The translations under genes and the position numbers were made by a program. Positions 57,732 through 64,000 of a stretch of 64,000 nucleotides of DNA are shown here, one piece after another (the stretch's first letter is position 1; each line of letters begins with the position of its first letter). Where the stretch lies: assembly GCA_963791045.1 (NCBI GenBank), contig CAWBQK010000011.1, positions 1 to 64,000 of the forward strand. Reading direction: 5' to 3'. The notes beneath the pieces are model-generated. The model did not search any database and was not told the origin of the DNA. It saw only the letters and a program-made list of their open reading frames with translations. Source of the DNA: Candidatus Latescibacterota bacterium (GTDB taxonomy: Bacteria; Krumholzibacteriota; Krumholzibacteriia; WVZY01).

Positions 57732-58031
57732 ATGAGCCAGAAAAGATTCGCGCGGGTCGGCGACATCCTCCCAGCCGTCCTGAAATCAATAGGACTAGAT
57801 CGGAAGCTGAAGCAGCAAGAGATCATCTCGATCTGGCCGGAAGTTGTTGGAGCGGACATCGCGGCAAGAACCCAAGCGGTCAGGGTAGATAAAGGGGTTC
57901 TGATTGTCCATGTCGACCACAGCGCGTGGATCCAGGAGCTCCATTTCATGGAGAAGGAGATTCTGAAAAAGCTCAAAGCCAAAGCCCCGGATATCGATAT
58001 AAAGCGAATTCGTTTCGGAACAAGCAAATAG
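57732..58031 (+). CDS. DUF721 / DciA-family protein
   Basis: WPEVVGADIAART...LIVHVDHSAWIQEL; directly before gyrB. Confidence 0.88.
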   Translation: MSQKRFARVGDILPAVLKSIGLDRKLKQQEIISIWPEVVGADIAARTQAVRVDKGVLIVHVDHSAWIQELHFMEKEILKKLKAKAPDIDIKRIRFGTSK

Positions 58032-59966
<1,935 letters not shown>

Positions 59967-60166
59967 TATATGCGAGTAGGCGCGGGTGGCGCCGATGGGG
60001 CCCCCCAAACAAGCGAGCGTTCGCGAGCCGCCGCAGTGTTCGCCTTACCCCGAAAGTCCACGCTCGTAAAAGCGAGCTTGTGTGGGGTAATCGGCGACAG
60101 GACCCGCGCTGGGGCATCGAGTGATAGCTAGAACATAGACGCAAAATGACAGCATGGGAGTAACGA

Positions 60167-62602
60167 ATGTCCGTTGATCGCGAAAGAATCGTTCCCGTCC
60201 AAATCGAAGACGAGATGAGAAGTTCTTATCTCGATTACTCTATGAGCGTGATCATCTCGCGCGCGCTTCCCGATGTCCGTGACGGTTTGAAGCCCGTCCA
60301 TCGCAGGATACTCACCGCGATGAACGATCTCAACCTCACGCACGGACGTCCTTACAGGAAGTCCGCCAAGGTCACCGGTGACGTTAACGGTAACTATCAC
60401 CCGCACGGCACCTCGGCGATTTACGAGACAATGGTCCGTATGGCGCAGGACTTCTCGCTGCGTTATCCGCTTGTTATGGGCCAGGGCAACTTCGGATCCG
60501 TCGATGGCGATCCCCCGGCGGCGGAACGTTATACAGAAGTTCGTATGATGTCGTTTGCCGAAGAAATGCTCGCCGACATCGAAAAAGAGACCGTCGAATT
60601 CGGGCCCAACTACGACGGGTCGCGAATGATGCCGCTCGTGCTTCCCGCCAGGGCTCCAAATCTTCTCGTGAACGGCTCCTCGGGTATCGCCGTGGGGATG
60701 GCGACAAACGTGCCGCCGCACAACCTTCGCGAGATCGTGGACGGCTGTGTGGCTGTTCTCGAGAATCCCGACCTTCCCGATGAGGTGCTTTTTTCGCATG
60801 TCCACGGGCCGGATTTCCCTACGGCTGGAATCATCCTTGGGAGACTCGGAATAGAGCAGGCCTACAAAACAGGAAAGGGCCGCATCATCGTAAGGGCGCG
60901 GACGGGGCTCGAGACACTCAAGAACGGCCGCGAAGCAATCATCATTACCGAGCTTCCATATCAGGTGAACAAGGCGGGTCTCATTGAGCGGATCGCCGAA
61001 CTCGTGAAGGTCGGCACGCTCGATGGAATCGGCGACATTCGTGACGAGTCCGACCGGCAAGGTATGCGCGTCGTCATCATTCTCAAGCGCGACGCCGACC
61101 CCCGAGTTGTCGAGAATCAGCTTTTCAAGCATACGCAGATGCAGGTGACGTTTGGAATTATCTCGCTGGCTCTGGTCGACAACCGTCCGCAGATCCTCAC
61201 GCTGCGCCAGATGATGAACTGTTACCTCGAACATCGTGAGGATGTCATCGTTCGCCGCACGCGTTACGATCTCAGAAAGGCGGAAGAGCGCGCCCATATC
61301 CTCGAAGGTTTCCGGATCGCGCTCGATCACATCGACGAGATAGTCGCTCTTATCAAGGCGTCCGATACTCCGGATACGGCGCGGACGGGGCTTATGGAAC
61401 AGTTCGGTTTGTCGGAGAGGCAGGCTCAGGCCATTCTCGACATGCGCTTGCAGCGTCTCACCGGCCTGGAACGCCAGAAGATCGAAGACGAATACCAGGC
61501 CCTTCTCATAAAGATCGCCGAATACAAAGCGATCCTCGCCGACAGGCAGCTCGTTCTCAGCATAATCAAAGACGAACTCATCGAAATCAAAGACAAGTAT
61601 GGCGATGATCGCCGCACTGAAATCGTCGATCAGGGCCCCATGGTGCTCGACGAAGAGGATCTGATCACCGAAGAAGACATGGTGATCACTATCAGTCACC
61701 ACGGGTACATCAAGCGAATCGCGCTCGATTCGTACAAGCAGCAGCGCCGCGGGGGCCGGGGTTCAACCGGCATCAAGATGCGCGACGAGGATTTTGTCGA
61801 GCACCTGTTTGTCGCTTCGACACACAGCTACATATTGTTCTTCACGGACCAGGGCCGGTGTTACTGGCTTAAGGTCCACCATATCCCGGTTGCCGGGAGG
61901 CAGGCGAGAGGCAAGGCGATTGTCAATCTTCTTGGCCTGTCCAATGGCGAACGGATTACGGGACGTGTGCCTGTTAGTGATTTCGATGAAAACAAATTCC
62001 TGGCGACCGCTACCAAGAATGGAATGATCAAGAAAACACAGCTGAGTCTGTACAGCCGCCCGAGGCGCGGTGGCATATGGTCGATGACACTCAAAGAGGA
62101 CGATCAACTTATCGCGGCGGCGATCACCGACGGCGATCATGATATCGTTCTTGCCAAGAAGGGCGGGCGCGCGATTCGATTCCCAGAGACCGATGTCCGG
62201 TCGATGGGACGGACTGCCGGCGGTGTCCGTGGTGTCAAACTCGACCCGGGTGATGAAGTTGTTGGCATGGCCGTTGTTCACAGAGACGCATCTCTGCTGA
62301 CGGTGACCGAGCACGGCTACGGCAAACGCTCGGCGCTCGAAGATTATTCAACGAAGCACCGCGGGGGAAAGGGCGTCATCAACATCAGAACGACCGAACG
62401 GAACGGCCAGGTCGTTGCGATCAAGGAAGTCCGTGACCAGGATGACATCATGATTATTACAAAGAAAGGCGTCGTAATCCGTTGCCCGATCGCCCAGCTC
62501 AATGTGATCGGCCGCGCCACTCAGGGCGTGAGGCTGATTGCTCTTGATGAGGGCGATGAGGTGATGGATGTTGCGCACCTGGTCAAAGAGGATGAAGAGT
62601 GA
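60167..62602 (+). CDS. gyrA: DNA gyrase subunit A
   Basis: Intact 811 aa; [20 protein letters not shown], GyrA-box QRRGGRG. Confidence 0.98.
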   Translation: MSVDRERIVPVQIEDEMRSSYLDYSMSVIISRALPDVRDGLKPVHRRILTAMNDLNLTHGRPYRKSAKVTGDVNGNYHPHGTSAIYETMVRMAQDFSLRYPLVMGQGNFGSVDGDPPAAERYTEVRMMSFAEEMLADIEKETVEFGPNYDGSRMMPLVLPARAPNLLVNGSSGIAVGMATNVPPHNLREIVDGCVAVLENPDLPDEVLFSHVHGPDFPTAGIILGRLGIEQAYKTGKGRIIVRARTGLETLKNGREAIIITELPYQVNKAGLIERIAELVKVGTLDGIGDIRDESDRQGMRVVIILKRDADPRVVENQLFKHTQMQVTFGIISLALVDNRPQILTLRQMMNCYLEHREDVIVRRTRYDLRKAEERAHILEGFRIALDHIDEIVALIKASDTPDTARTGLMEQFGLSERQAQAILDMRLQRLTGLERQKIEDEYQALLIKIAEYKAILADRQLVLSIIKDELIEIKDKYGDDRRTEIVDQGPMVLDEEDLITEEDMVITISHHGYIKRIALDSYKQQRRGGRGSTGIKMRDEDFVEHLFVASTHSYILFFTDQGRCYWLKVHHIPVAGRQARGKAIVNLLGLSNGERITGRVPVSDFDENKFLATATKNGMIKKTQLSLYSRPRRGGIWSMTLKEDDQLIAAAITDGDHDIVLAKKGGRAIRFPETDVRSMGRTAGGVRGVKLDPGDEVVGMAVVHRDASLLTVTEHGYGKRSALEDYSTKHRGGKGVINIRTTERNGQVVAIKEVRDQDDIMIITKKGVVIRCPIAQLNVIGRATQGVRLIALDEGDEVMDVAHLVKEDEE

Positions 62603-62620
62603 CCAACGGGCACTTAAAAC

Positions 62621-63349
62621 TTGAAGGGAAAACGAGTTTTGAACAACCGATTTGAAGATGAGACCCCTCTCCCCGGAGATGCACAGGCCGCCGATCCGGG
62701 TGAGTTTGCGCTCGAAACGGACAGCAGTCTGGCCGAACGAATTTCGGAGTTCACGGTCAGGCGTATGTCGACATATTACAGGATACTGTTGTCTCTTGAG
62801 AGAAGCTCTGTCGGGACCGTGTCGTCGGCGCGTCTTGCCGAACTCTGCGGCGTTACTTCCGCGCAGGTCCGAAAAGACCTCTCCTATTTCGGTAACTTTG
62901 GGACTCGCGGGTTGGGTTACCAGGTGTCGGATTTGAAGAATGCGATTGTCGGTATCCTCGGTTTGAATCGCGAATGGAGGATGGCGTTGTTTGGCGCGGG
63001 AAGTCTGGGCAACGCGTTGTTTTTCTATCAGGGTTTTCGTGACGATGGGTTCTACTTCGTGCACGTCTTCGATGCCCAAGCGGAACGTGTTGGTCAGATG
63101 TGGCGCGATGTGGAGATTTCCCCCTATGACAAATCAGAAGAATTGCTGGCGGCGAGTCCAGTGGACATCGGTGTGGTGGCAACGCCGGACGAAGCGGCTC
63201 AGGAAGTCGCTGACATTCTCGTCAGACACGGCGTAAAAGGGATCTTAAATTTTGCACCAAGGCAACTATCGGTGCCCGATAATGTCAGACTGAGAAACGT
63301 TAATCTCGCGGTCGCGCTCGAAAGCTTGAGTTTTATGCTTTCGAGATAA
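62621..63349 (+). CDS. rex: Redox-sensing transcriptional repressor Rex
   Basis: QVRKDLSYFGNFGTRGLGY, GAGSLG, GILNFAP; start codon uncertain. Confidence 0.93.
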   Translation: MKGKRVLNNRFEDETPLPGDAQAADPGEFALETDSSLAERISEFTVRRMSTYYRILLSLERSSVGTVSSARLAELCGVTSAQVRKDLSYFGNFGTRGLGYQVSDLKNAIVGILGLNREWRMALFGAGSLGNALFFYQGFRDDGFYFVHVFDAQAERVGQMWRDVEISPYDKSEELLAASPVDIGVVATPDEAAQEVADILVRHGVKGILNFAPRQLSVPDNVRLRNVNLAVALESLSFMLSR

Positions 63350-63433
63350 TATGCGGCAAACCGGCATGATCTCGATCATGCTCCAAGGTGGGATTGCGAT
63401 TTGAAAAAGCCAACCAACCATAAGATTTTGCTG

Positions 63434-64000
63434 ATGAAGTTTCATGTGCTTTCGCGAATGGTGATTTTTGCGGCGGTTTTGCTGTCGCTTTCCCTGTCGC
63501 TGCCGGCCGGCACTCCCGTGGCGGCGGATTCCGGGCAGCCGATTCTTGACGGGACGGCTGCTGCTGCGCCCGGCGATGAGGTTTTCGGGCCCGGAAAAGT
63601 TCATTTAACGTTTACCCGCGATGGCCGATGGGTCAATTTTTCCGCCGGTTGGAACGAGGAACGTCCGGTATTTTCATCGGCGGGACTTGTTGTCTATGCG
63701 GAAGCAGACGGTCGCCTCCACGAAGTTATTAATACAGGTGCAGGCGGGCTGAGAATGGGTGAAAGCAAGGGCGGCGCCCGCAGATGTGTCGAGGGTAAAC
63801 GCGGCGGTTTGCGCGCCCCTTCTCCCGATCCGGATGACGACGGCGATGGCCGGGTGGATGAAGATCCCCTCGATGGCGTTGACAATGACAATGATGGTTC
63901 CATCGATGAGGATTTCGCCGCGATCGGCGACGAGATGATAACGATGTGTTACATGCCGGAGCGGTTTGGTGATGATCTTCCGCAGCTCGCCGTGCACCAG
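63434..64000 (+). CDS. Secreted protein with acidic DxDxDG..DED motifs (runs off the window)
   Basis: Open frame from ATG 63434 to the window end; signal peptide; DDDGDGRVDEDPLDGVDNDNDGSIDED. Confidence 0.75.
   Translation, partial: MKFHVLSRMVIFAAVLLSLSLSLPAGTPVAADSGQPILDGTAAAAPGDEVFGPGKVHLTFTRDGRWVNFSAGWNEERPVFSSAGLVVYAEADGRLHEVINTGAGGLRMGESKGGARRCVEGKRGGLRAPSPDPDDDGDGRVDEDPLDGVDNDNDGSIDEDFAAIGDEMITMCYMPERFGDDLPQLAVHQ

Overview
The window has two compositionally different parts. Bases 1 to about 54.3 kb are very GC-rich and carry frequent 1-bp indels that split most genes, most likely long-read consensus errors. Bases from about 54.35 kb to 64 kb are visibly less GC-rich with mostly intact genes, and the join looks like a contig junction or chimera. 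The left part starts with a ~27.5 kb minus-strand flagellar basal-body/hook/export cluster: PAS sensor kinase, sigma54 activator, flgBC, fliEFGHIJ, motE-like, fliK, flgD, TIGR02530-like gene, flgE, fliLMNOPQR, flhBA, fliA, two hypotheticals, flgFG. Sigma54 promoters sit before flgB and flgF. It continues with a methyltransferase, a head-to-head array of a ~150-bp structured repeat, an HD-GYP/HDOD fusion, mnmA-iscS, a sigma54-preceded run (mglA-like GTPase, secreted protein, TPR, trpA, UbiA prenyltransferase, uppP, two TPR proteins), an S8 protease with an FlgD-Ig/T9SS-type tail, recG, an FG-GAP protein, dapF, REP-like mosaics, a PorV-like gene and a lipoprotein. The right part holds a truncated CHAT-domain gene, an NhaC-family transporter, a thioesterase, dciA (DUF721)-gyrB-gyrA-rex and the start of a secreted protein. 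Gene content suggests FCB-superphylum candidate lineages (Latescibacterota/Eisenbacteria/Krumholzibacteria-like); this is inference. Strongest leads: the dispersed ~150-bp stem-loop repeat with compensatory changes, a sigma54-driven MglB-less MglA plus TPR operon beside a flagellar cluster lacking flhFG, a His-less flagellar sensor kinase, a two-hairpin RNA before flgE, and a Ser/Ser DapF.
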